From: Nanobdellota archaeon
GTDB lineage: Archaea > Nanobdellota > Nanobdellia > UBA10117 > ARS21
Length of the DNA: 64,000 nt
Assembly: GCA_014239585.1 (NCBI GenBank)
Contig: JAAZYP010000001.1
Coordinates: 177,955 to 241,954 of the forward strand
Direction: 5' to 3'
Within the stretch, counting starts at the first letter, position 1. Each line of letters starts with the position of its first letter. Both the position numbers and the translations under genes were made by a program. This document shows, in pieces, positions 8,218 through 16,745 of this stretch. The notes beneath the pieces are model-generated. The model saw nothing but the letters and a program-made list of their open reading frames with translations. It had not been told where the DNA came from and did not search any database.

Positions 8218-8658
8218 ATGGTACTAGATTCGAAAGACGCAATAATTTTAGACATCTTGAAAAAAAATGCTAAAAAAACAACTCAACAAATTTCAAATGA
8301 AACCAATATCCCAATTACAACTGTTCATAACCGAATTAAAAAATTGGAAACTTCCGGAATTATTGAACGATATACTATTTGGATAAATCGAAAAAAACTT
8401 GGAAAAGGAATAAATGCTCGTCTTGCCGTAAAAGTCGGACGAGATGGCGATCAAGATGAAATTTGTTCAAAATTAGTCCATCATGAATCTGTAGTTGGAA
8501 CATATCAAGTCACGGGTGAAGACGACATTATTGTTAAATTGAATGTTCAAGATGTTGATGAATTACATTCGTTTATTATGAACGAAGTTCGATCAATAAA
8601 AGGTGTTGAAGGGACTAAAACATTGATCGTTTTGAAAGACTTTAGAAAGTGGAAATGA
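8218..8658 (+). CDS. lrp: Lrp/AsnC-family transcriptional regulator
   Basis: N-terminal HTH (LDSKDAIILDILKKNAKKTTQQISNETNIPITTVHNRIKKLE) plus a C-terminal RAM-like domain; 146 aa. Confidence 0.88.
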   Translation: MVLDSKDAIILDILKKNAKKTTQQISNETNIPITTVHNRIKKLETSGIIERYTIWINRKKLGKGINARLAVKVGRDGDQDEICSKLVHHESVVGTYQVTGEDDIIVKLNVQDVDELHSFIMNEVRSIKGVEGTKTLIVLKDFRKWK

Positions 8659-8714
8659 GGCTCCAGATAAGCTTTTTAAATTAAAACTACGATATATACT
8701 TATGGCAACAAAAG

Positions 8715-10022
8715 GTGATTGTCCCAATCGAGAGTAGACGTTATCTAGCCAAAACTATTTCTGAAGTTCAAGCCTCAATATATGCGCGAAAAACGGTAAA
8801 AATACGAGGATGGGTGGCTAAAAAACGAGCACTTAAAGGTAAAATTTTCTTATTAATTAGGGACAGCACAGGTGTTATTCAAACCGTTACTGCATCTGAT
8901 GATAAAGCTTGGCCGGAAGCAACCCAAATAACAACTGAATCATCATGTATGATTAAAGGTAAAATTGTTCGAGATCCTCGTGCACCGGGTGGTTATGAAT
9001 TAAAAGTTTCAAAAATTGAGATTATTGGTTTAGCTGAGACTTGGCCAATTGCACGAGATACCAGCCCTGATTTTTTGAGAGGAATTCGACATTTATCACT
9101 TAGACGACAAAGGGAACAAGCAATTATGAAAATTCGTTCCGGAGTAATTGGCGGATTTCATGAATATTTCAGAACTAAAGGCTATTTTGAACATCAATCT
9201 CCTAGTTTTACTCCAACACCCGGAGAAAGTGGTGCTGAAACATTTGAAGTGAAATATTTTGGTAAAAAGGCATATCTTACTCAAACTTGGCAATTATACG
9301 CTGAAATGATGATTCCAGTTTTAGAAAAAATATATACTGTTGCTCCAAGTTTTAGGTCTGATAAATCTATGACTTCCAGACATTTAACTGAATTTTGGCA
9401 TGCCGAGGTAGAAACTGCATGGCAAGAATTTCCAGAATTGTTAGATACAATGGAAGGAGTAGTTAGATTCATTTGTAAAAAAATAGCACGAGAATATAGA
9501 TCTGAATTAGCTTTACTCGGCAAAGATTGGAAATATTTTGCAACCTTACCTAAATTTCCGCGAATAACTTATCGTGAAGCAATTATTGAATTGAGGGAGG
9601 CAGGATTTAAGACAAAATTTGGAGATGATTTAGGAACTAAAGAAGAAAGATTCTTAGTTGATAAACGAAAACTTCCTTTATTTATTACTCATTATCCCAC
9701 TAAACTAAAAGCATTTTATATGAAACGTGATCCTGATGATCCTGAACAAGTTTTAGCTTCAGATTTAATGATTCCGGGAATTGGAGAATTAATTGGTTCA
9801 TCTGAACGAAGTTTAGATTTCAAGGATGTTAAAAAACGATTGAAACTTGCGAAAGAAGATCCTAAAAAATATGAATTTTATTTTGATTTAAGTCGATACG
9901 GAAAAGTTCCGCATTCAGGATTCGGTATGGGAATTGAACGATTAGTGATGTGGTTAACTGGTTCAGATTCAGTTAAAGATTGTATAGCATTTCCTAGAAC
10001 TCCGACCCGATTTGCGCCTTAG
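8715..10022 (+). CDS. asnS: asparaginyl-tRNA synthetase (class IIb; AspRS not fully excluded)
   Basis: OB-fold N-terminus (IRGWV...IFLLIRDSTGVIQ), motif 2 FRSDKSMTSRHLTEFWHAEVE, motif 3 GFGMGIERLVMW, and a C-terminal FPRTPTRFAP as in AsnRS. GTG start. Confidence 0.8.
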   Translation: MIVPIESRRYLAKTISEVQASIYARKTVKIRGWVAKKRALKGKIFLLIRDSTGVIQTVTASDDKAWPEATQITTESSCMIKGKIVRDPRAPGGYELKVSKIEIIGLAETWPIARDTSPDFLRGIRHLSLRRQREQAIMKIRSGVIGGFHEYFRTKGYFEHQSPSFTPTPGESGAETFEVKYFGKKAYLTQTWQLYAEMMIPVLEKIYTVAPSFRSDKSMTSRHLTEFWHAEVETAWQEFPELLDTMEGVVRFICKKIAREYRSELALLGKDWKYFATLPKFPRITYREAIIELREAGFKTKFGDDLGTKEERFLVDKRKLPLFITHYPTKLKAFYMKRDPDDPEQVLASDLMIPGIGELIGSSERSLDFKDVKKRLKLAKEDPKKYEFYFDLSRYGKVPHSGFGMGIERLVMWLTGSDSVKDCIAFPRTPTRFAP

Positions 10023-10057
10023 TTCGTTTTTTAAGTTTTAATTACACTCTGTAAATT

Positions 10058-10408
10058 ATGGGACTTGAAGATAAATTGAATTCTGAGTTCATTAACATTT
10101 CTTTTGAAGATACTGGAAGAACATCTTATCGCGGAAAACATCTTGCTGCTGCGAAAAATTTTTGGAAAAATTATTTTGGATTAAATAAATTAACGGGGAC
10201 TCATAATCATACAATTTATGAAGATTTGAATGAATTTCACGAATATATTAATGATCTGGCAGAAAATTCAAGTTTGGTCGTTAGAAGGCAAGACGATTTA
10301 AATCCTGCCGCTAAACTTTATCAAGGCGGAATATTAATTGGTAGCATTACTGACAGTCGAAGACGCGGATTTAAAGAGCTCCATTATGAACGTCCAAAAT
10401 CCTTCTAG
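10058..10408 (+). CDS. hypothetical protein (116 aa)
   Basis: Intact ORF between asnS and tRNA-Asn. Confidence 0.45.
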   Translation: MGLEDKLNSEFINISFEDTGRTSYRGKHLAAAKNFWKNYFGLNKLTGTHNHTIYEDLNEFHEYINDLAENSSLVVRRQDDLNPAAKLYQGGILIGSITDSRRRGFKELHYERPKSF

Positions 10409-10445
10409 AAAGCTTTAAAAAACGCAGATATAATTTATTTTTAGT

Positions 10446-10517
10446 GCAGACGTAGCTTAGCGGTAGAGCGCGTGGCTGTTAACCACGAGGCCGGAGGTTC
10501 GATCCCTCCCGTCTGCG
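10446..10517 (+). tRNA. tRNA-Asn(GUU)
   Basis: Acceptor GCAGACG/CGTCTGC, D arm GCTT-AGCGGTA-GAGC, anticodon loop CTGTTAA, T arm GGAGG-TTCGATC-CCTCC. Confidence 0.92.
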
Positions 10518-10518
10518 C

Positions 10519-11484
10519 TTATAATTTTAACTGAGATTTCATATCTTCATAAAATTTCATCTGATTTTTTAATTTATCAAATAATTCTGAGTCACTCAAT
10601 TTAAATTCAGAACCAATAAAATAATCTGTTAAAAATCTTGCAGATAATTCCAAAGTAATTAATGCAGTTGCTTGCGGAATTAATGATTCATCAATATTTT
10701 TATTTTTGGATAAATATCCTGCAACTGATGATTCGAATTTAATTTTGTCGAAATTATAATCTTCATCTTTTGACCAACTTCTCAGTCCGTCACCGATATC
10801 GATCAATTCATTTCCGTACATTAATGTTTCAAAATCAATTATTGCATTTACTTTTTTATCAGTATATAGAAAATTTTGCCATTTAGGATCACCATGGATT
10901 AATTGTCGTGATAAATTTGGTAAATAAAAATCTTCAACATCCTTAACAATTGTATCATAATATTTTGACACTGAATTCCATTTTTCTGAATTCTCAAAGC
11001 GCATTTTTATTCGATTTAATCTATCGATAACTGCACGAGTATTATGAAAATTTGGGATAGAATATGCTAATTTTTCTTTGAAATCTTTGGTTTGAATATG
11101 AAATTCTGCTAATGATTCGCCCAAATTGAAACAAACTTCGTAAGTTAATGTATCTAAATCATCGTTCTCAATATGATGCATAACTCGATAAGTATTACCT
11201 TGATGTTTATGAAATAAATTTCCATTTCGAGATAATATTTGATTTGGAATTTTTATTTCCGAATCCCAAATACTTTCTAATGAGTTATGATCGCGAGTTA
11301 TTCTTTTATCTCTGATTTTTTGTAGAATAAATTTGTTATCTTCAGTTTTGACTAAATAAGTATCGTTCATTATTCCACTATATACTTTTTTTATTTCTTT
11401 TATTTCTCCTAGTTCATAATTGGCTAATACTTCAAGCATGTTTTCTGCTATTAAGTTGAATATAAAAAGGTTCCAATAAGACAT
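10519..11484 (-). CDS. APH/choline-kinase-like phosphotransferase (substrate unknown)
   Basis: Kinase-like fold motifs: IHGDPKWQNFLY (catalytic loop) and IDFE (DxD/DFE). Alternative start at 11436 (MLEVLANYELG). Confidence 0.7.
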   Translation of the reverse strand: MSYWNLFIFNLIAENMLEVLANYELGEIKEIKKVYSGIMNDTYLVKTEDNKFILQKIRDKRITRDHNSLESIWDSEIKIPNQILSRNGNLFHKHQGNTYRVMHHIENDDLDTLTYEVCFNLGESLAEFHIQTKDFKEKLAYSIPNFHNTRAVIDRLNRIKMRFENSEKWNSVSKYYDTIVKDVEDFYLPNLSRQLIHGDPKWQNFLYTDKKVNAIIDFETLMYGNELIDIGDGLRSWSKDEDYNFDKIKFESSVAGYLSKNKNIDESLIPQATALITLELSARFLTDYFIGSEFKLSDSELFDKLKNQMKFYEDMKSQLKL

Positions 11485-11533
11485 TTTTTGTATTTTAGAA
11501 CATAATATAAAATAAATTGTTAAATATGGACTA

Positions 11534-13282
11534 ATGACTTCATGGAAATTTGAGTGGGTTGATGAGGAAAAATTTGAAATTAATCGAACTTCAATGAATT
11601 CAGATATTTCTAATTTTGTAACAAATTGGTCCGAAGGTAAATTTTTGGAAAATTCGGAATCATTAAAGTCTGCTTTAACTGATTATGAATTAATTTGGTC
11701 AAACCACGGCTATGGTGGCGAAGAAGGATATTATTATTGGTTGTTAAATCAATTAAATTTGAATGATAAAAAAATAAAATCGAAACTGAAATCTATTTCA
11801 GATTTTACTCGAGATAATTTTAATAAATTAAATTTTTTTAGAATAAATTTAGGTAATATTTCTGAAGAAAAACAGAATAAATTTTTGACTGACAAAGACT
11901 TATCTGATTATTCTAAATTTTTTAGAGATATTTTTGAAACAAGTAAGTACCGTTTATCTGAAAATGAAGAGAAAATAATGTCTTTGAAAGAAGATTCGGG
12001 ATATTCGATGTGGAAAAAAATGTTATCTTCTCTTATCGCTAAAGAAACTCGTATGATTGATGGTGAGGAAAAAACCTTTGAACAAATAATTTCAGATACT
12101 TTGTCTGAAAAAAGGGAAGTTAGAGATATTGCAAAGGAGAATATTAACGAAATATTGGATAAATATTCCGATGTTGCTGAAAATGAAATTAATGCTATAT
12201 TAAATAATTATGAAGTTAATGACAAAATTAGGGGTTATTCTCGCGCAGATTCTTCTAGATTAATTTCTGATTCAGTTAATGAAAAATTTGTAGATACTTT
12301 AGTCAAAACGGTTTCAAATAATTTTGATATTTCAAATCGTTATTATGATTTAAAATCTAAAATTTTGGGTCATACTTTGGGTTATCATGAAAAATCAGCT
12401 CAAATTGGGAGATTAAATAAAAAATATAATTTTGATTATTCTAAAAATCTTGTCGAAAAGGTATTGAATAATTTGGATTCTGAATTTGGTAAAATCTTCA
12501 GAGAATTCCAGAAAGGTAAATTAGATATCTCTCCCTCTGTAGGAAAACGAGGTGGTGCATTTTGTGTACATATGACAAAAAAATTACCAACTTATATTTT
12601 ATTAAATCATACAGAAGATTTATCGAGTGTAAAGACTTTAGCACATGAAGTTGGGCATGGAATAAATAATGAGTTGACTCGATCTAAACAAAGAGAAATT
12701 TATTTTGGAACTGCGACATCAACTGCTGAAGTTGCTTCTACCTTTTTTGAGGATTTCGTTTTTGACGAAATAATTAAAGATTGCACTGATGAAGAAAAAT
12801 TAATTTTGATGATGCAAAAATTAGGTGATGAAATTTCCACAATCGTTCGCCAGATTGCAGCATATAATTTTGAAACCGAATTACATGCTAAATATCGAAA
12901 AAATAAATATTTATCAAAGAAAGATATTGGTAGAATATTTAAACAAAATATGAAAAATTATCTCGGTAAAAGTATTGATTGTTCAGATTGCGACAATTGG
13001 TGGATTTATTGGTCTCATTTCAGAAATAGATTTTATGTGTATTCTTATGCTTCAGGTTTATTAATATCGAAGGCACTCCAACGAAAAGTTCGGAAAGATA
13101 AAAATTTCATTAAAGAAGTAAAGAAATTCTTAGCAGCTGGAACTTCTAAAAAACCCGAAAAAATATTTTCTGAAATGGGAATTGATATTTATTCCGAAGA
13201 ATTCTGGAAAGAGGGTCTCAACGAAATAAATGATACTTTGGAAAAAACAATTTTGTTGGCTAAAAAACTAGGTAGAATTTAA
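11534..13282 (+). CDS. pepF: oligoendopeptidase F-like M3 metallopeptidase
   Basis: 582 aa, HEVGHG zinc motif (HExxH) in the expected C-terminal half, downstream E ligand region. Confidence 0.8.
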   Translation: MTSWKFEWVDEEKFEINRTSMNSDISNFVTNWSEGKFLENSESLKSALTDYELIWSNHGYGGEEGYYYWLLNQLNLNDKKIKSKLKSISDFTRDNFNKLNFFRINLGNISEEKQNKFLTDKDLSDYSKFFRDIFETSKYRLSENEEKIMSLKEDSGYSMWKKMLSSLIAKETRMIDGEEKTFEQIISDTLSEKREVRDIAKENINEILDKYSDVAENEINAILNNYEVNDKIRGYSRADSSRLISDSVNEKFVDTLVKTVSNNFDISNRYYDLKSKILGHTLGYHEKSAQIGRLNKKYNFDYSKNLVEKVLNNLDSEFGKIFREFQKGKLDISPSVGKRGGAFCVHMTKKLPTYILLNHTEDLSSVKTLAHEVGHGINNELTRSKQREIYFGTATSTAEVASTFFEDFVFDEIIKDCTDEEKLILMMQKLGDEISTIVRQIAAYNFETELHAKYRKNKYLSKKDIGRIFKQNMKNYLGKSIDCSDCDNWWIYWSHFRNRFYVYSYASGLLISKALQRKVRKDKNFIKEVKKFLAAGTSKKPEKIFSEMGIDIYSEEFWKEGLNEINDTLEKTILLAKKLGRI

Positions 13283-13301
13283 CTAAGTTTAAAAATTAGT
13301 A

Positions 13302-13622
13302 ATGCATACAAAAAATATGGAATATAAGAGTTCTAAGGTATTAATGAGTGCAAGTATAGTTGTTGGAATGGATTTTAATTATACTTTAAATGGAACTTTT
13401 TCAGATAAGATTAATCATTCTATTTCGAAAAATATTTTTGAGGATATTAATATATCTTCGACCTCATTACTTGTAAATGAAAATAATGGACTTTTAAATT
13501 CCTTATTTGATTATATCAAACCTTCCGGGGTCTTTAAGGCTGCACCACCGCAAGTATGGGAATCGGAATTAGCAGGTAAAGAAATCGATACTCAAAAAAC
13601 TCTTGAAGATCTGTTCGGTTAA
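13302..13622 (+). CDS. hypothetical protein (106 aa)
   Basis: ORF only. Confidence 0.4.
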   Translation: MHTKNMEYKSSKVLMSASIVVGMDFNYTLNGTFSDKINHSISKNIFEDINISSTSLLVNENNGLLNSLFDYIKPSGVFKAAPPQVWESELAGKEIDTQKTLEDLFG

Positions 13623-13651
13623 ATTTATATTATTCTGAATAAATATATTAT

Positions 13652-14167
13652 ATGAAACATCCATTATCTGAAAATATTAGGGAGACAGTTTTTGGTATCG
13701 AAGATGGTGCTGTCGGAAATTTAGGAGTAGTTATCGGAATGGCTCAAGCAGCTGCACCTAATGAATTTATAATTTTAGCTGGAATTGCAACTATGTTCGC
13801 TCAAACAATTTCGATGAGCGCAGGAACTTATTTGTCAATTAAAGCTGAAAAAGAATATTTTTCGGTTAATAAAAAAGGTAGAAAATTTGGTAAAGAATAT
13901 GCCAAACATAAAGTTCCTTTAATTTCGACGGCAGTTATGGGATTATCTGTAATGCTGGGTGCATTAATTCCACTAAGCTCTTTTTTCTTTTTCGAGGGTG
14001 TTTCGGGAATTATTCCCGCAATAATTGTTACATTAACAGGATTATTTTTATTGGGTGTATTCAAATCAAAATATACCGATAATAATTGGTTAAATTCGGG
14101 TTTAGAAATATTATTTGTTGGCGGTCTTGCTGCAGCAGCAGGATATTTTATCGGAAGTTTATTTTAA
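13652..14167 (+). CDS. VIT1/CCC1-family membrane transporter (membrane domain only)
   Basis: FGIEDGAVGNLGVVIGMA and multiple TM segments; shorter than typical family members. Confidence 0.65.
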   Translation: MKHPLSENIRETVFGIEDGAVGNLGVVIGMAQAAAPNEFIILAGIATMFAQTISMSAGTYLSIKAEKEYFSVNKKGRKFGKEYAKHKVPLISTAVMGLSVMLGALIPLSSFFFFEGVSGIIPAIIVTLTGLFLLGVFKSKYTDNNWLNSGLEILFVGGLAAAAGYFIGSLF

Positions 14168-14802
14168 ATATTTGATTCATCTGTGGCCATCATAACATCA
14201 TGATAATCAAATCCGGGGATTAATTTATTACTTTCATAAAATCCTCGAATATTATTTCTTAAATCAAATCTTTCTCCAGTCATTACATCTATTGTTTCAA
14301 TTGGTGAATTCCCCTCATTGAATCCGGTCGTATAATTTATTACAAAACTATTTGCGCGTTTAACTAATTGTTCAAATGAATTATGATCTTGAGCGATATA
14401 ATGTTTAGCGTCAGAATTTTGTCTTATTATAAATTGATGATCAATTACTACGCCATAATCTATTGCTAATTCTTCAATTGGATTTAATTGTGTTTTAATC
14501 CGTTTATTTAGATGATATGCTTGCATTGCCTTAGGTGAAATAAATTTATCAATTCTAGAAAGAGCTTGACTATTAAAAAACTCTTGTGCAATTAATTCTA
14601 AATTTTTAGAATTGTATTCGTCTAATTCGTCTTTGTACATAAAACCTGACTCTCTTAAATAAATTCCATCTACAAATCCTGAGAATTTCCAACAATCGCC
14701 GGATTCATATTTATTTCCTTTTTCATCAATCAGAAAAGCATTTTTTGAATTATCGTCTAGATCAAACTCAGTTAGACCAGTAAAAATTTGTTCCAATATC
14801 AC
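14164..14802 (-). CDS. acidic hypothetical protein (212 aa), paralog of 6176..6847
   Basis: See 6176..6847. Its stop overlaps the VIT1-like gene stop (TTAA). Confidence 0.55.
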   Translation of the reverse strand: MILEQIFTGLTEFDLDDNSKNAFLIDEKGNKYESGDCWKFSGFVDGIYLRESGFMYKDELDEYNSKNLELIAQEFFNSQALSRIDKFISPKAMQAYHLNKRIKTQLNPIEELAIDYGVVIDHQFIIRQNSDAKHYIAQDHNSFEQLVKRANSFVINYTTGFNEGNSPIETIDVMTGERFDLRNNIRGFYESNKLIPGFDYHDVMMATDESNI

Positions 14803-14883
14803 AGTCTTAATTATAGCGCAGTAATATTTTTATAACTTTTGACAAAAAGTAAGCGTTATATACTGTTTTTTCGTATTTTAGGC

Positions 14884-15480
14884 ATGAAATTAATCGGGCA
14901 TGGTGCTGAAGCAAAAGTCTATGAGACAAAAAATTCAGTTTTGAAAACAAGAATAAAAAAATCATATAGACATGAATTAATTGATAAGCGTTTGAGAAAA
15001 CTTCGAACTCGTTCTGAATCAAAGTTATTAATTAAGGTTTTATCATTGGGAATTAATGTACCGAGAGTTTTAGATTTTGATGATAAAAAAATGACTTTGG
15101 AAATGGAAAAAATTGAGGGAATAAAGGTAAGAGATATTTTTGATGATTCAAATGAAGATCTTAAAAAAACTATTTGTAAAGAAATTGGTAAAACAATTAA
15201 AAAATTACATCAAAATGATATTATTCATGGAGATTTAACAACGTCGAATATGATTTGGAATGATAAATTGTTTTTGATCGATTTTGGATTAGGTAAAGTT
15301 TCAATGCGAGTTGAAGACAAAGCAGTTGATATCCATCTTTTGAAAGAATGTTTCAAAAGTAAACATCATGTTCATTGGATGACTTATTGGAAGATTTTCA
15401 AAAAGAATTATGGACTTAATAACACCTTTGATCAATTGGAAAAGGTTGAAGCCCGAACAAGATATAATCGAATTAGTTAG
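14884..15480 (+). CDS. bud32: Bud32/PRPK atypical kinase (KEOPS subunit)
   Basis: GHGAEAKVY, KSYRHELIDKRLRKLRTRSE, IIHGDLTTSNMI, LIDFGLG, EDKAVDIH. Internal ATG at 14884 chosen over the track start 14839. Confidence 0.88.
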   Translation: MKLIGHGAEAKVYETKNSVLKTRIKKSYRHELIDKRLRKLRTRSESKLLIKVLSLGINVPRVLDFDDKKMTLEMEKIEGIKVRDIFDDSNEDLKKTICKEIGKTIKKLHQNDIIHGDLTTSNMIWNDKLFLIDFGLGKVSMRVEDKAVDIHLLKECFKSKHHVHWMTYWKIFKKNYGLNNTFDQLEKVEARTRYNRIS

Positions 15481-15581
15481 ATTTAAAAAGGTGACAACTT
15501 ATCTCATATCAGGATGAGTTGGCTAGAGCGAGCTTATACCAATACGGTATATTCTTAGTTTATTTATCCAAACAAAATATA

Positions 15582-16037
15582 ATGGCACGAATGCACGCAA
15601 GAGTCAAAGGAAAATCTGGAAGCAAAAAACCTCTAGAAAGTAAAGTTCCAAAATGGGTTGAAAAGAAGCCAAAGGAGATTATAACTTTAGTTGAAAAACT
15701 TTCAAAGCAAGAACTTAGTTCGAGTCAGATTGGATTAGCACTAAGAGATTCATACGGTGTGCCGAGCGTTAAATTAATTACAGGAAAAAGTATTTTAGAA
15801 ATTTTAAAGGAAGCAAAATTAGTTGGAACCATTCCTGAAGATTTAAAAAATTTAATTAAAAAATCAATTACGATTCGAAAACATTTAAAATCAAATAAAA
15901 AAGATAATTTCAGTACACGAGGATTACAATTAACTGAATCAAAAATTAGACGATTACAAAAATATTACAAAAATAAAGGAGTTCTGCCTGCAGATTGGAA
16001 TTATCATCCTGACCGAGCAGAATTATTGGTAGATTAA
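15582..16037 (+). CDS. rps15: 30S ribosomal protein S15 (uS15, archaeal S13e type)
   Basis: MARMHARVKGKSGSKKP...PKWV...; TATA-like TTTATTTATCC about 20 nt upstream. The track start 15519 is an unlikely N-terminal extension. Confidence 0.9.
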   Translation: MARMHARVKGKSGSKKPLESKVPKWVEKKPKEIITLVEKLSKQELSSSQIGLALRDSYGVPSVKLITGKSILEILKEAKLVGTIPEDLKNLIKKSITIRKHLKSNKKDNFSTRGLQLTESKIRRLQKYYKNKGVLPADWNYHPDRAELLVD

Positions 16038-16038
16038 T

Positions 16039-16623
16039 ATGGCTAAAAAAAGAATTTCAACAAAATTGAAAATGCGTAAAGGAAAGAAAAGATGGTTCCC
16101 AGTTATAGCTCCAAAGGCATTAGGTGGAGCTGAAATTGCACAAATCACTGCTTATGATCCTGCAAAATTATTAAATCGAAATTTATTGGTTCCAATGAAA
16201 TCAATTACTGGTTCAGCAAGAGATAGCAATATTAATGTTAAATTAACAGTTGTTAAAGTTCAAGGAGATACAGCTCAAACGGATTCGCTCGGAATATTCA
16301 CTGGAGACTCTCAAGTTTCAAGAGTTGGAAGACGAAAATGTTCAAAAATTGATTTAGTATTTTATGCAAACGATAAATCTGACAATAAAATTAAACTAAA
16401 ATTTGTATTATTTGCTAGAGAGGCTCTAACAAAAAATCTTAAGAATGATCTAAGATTATTGGCTGAAGAATTAATTACAAAAACTTTGAAGAAGCAAGAA
16501 TATTCAGATTTCTTTACTTCGACCTCAATTAAGAAATTGGGTCTTGATTTGAAGAATAATTTGAAACAAGTTTATCCAATTAGTGATGCGATTATTTGGA
16601 AAGCTACAAAAATTAGTGAATAA
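16039..16623 (+). CDS. rps3ae: 30S ribosomal protein S3Ae (eS1)
   Basis: MAKKRISTKLKMRKGKKRWFPVIAP... typical eS1 N-terminus; follows rps15 by 1 nt. Confidence 0.88.
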   Translation: MAKKRISTKLKMRKGKKRWFPVIAPKALGGAEIAQITAYDPAKLLNRNLLVPMKSITGSARDSNINVKLTVVKVQGDTAQTDSLGIFTGDSQVSRVGRRKCSKIDLVFYANDKSDNKIKLKFVLFAREALTKNLKNDLRLLAEELITKTLKKQEYSDFFTSTSIKKLGLDLKNNLKQVYPISDAIIWKATKISE

Positions 16624-16653
16624 TTTTATATATCAAAACAATATAATGTTTTG

Positions 16654-16743
16654 ATGGAAAAATCTAATATTGATAAATTAAAAAAACAATTTTCTCATTT
16701 CGATTGGGACAAAATTTTGAGTTCAAAACCTGAAAAGAAATAA
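16654..16743 (+). CDS. possible 29-aa micro-ORF (MEKSNIDKLKKQFSHFDWDKILSSKPEKK)
   Basis: Manually found ATG-to-TAA ORF filling the rps3ae/aCPSF1 gap; below the track cutoff. Confidence 0.2.
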   Translation: MEKSNIDKLKKQFSHFDWDKILSSKPEKK

Positions 16744-16745
16744 TA

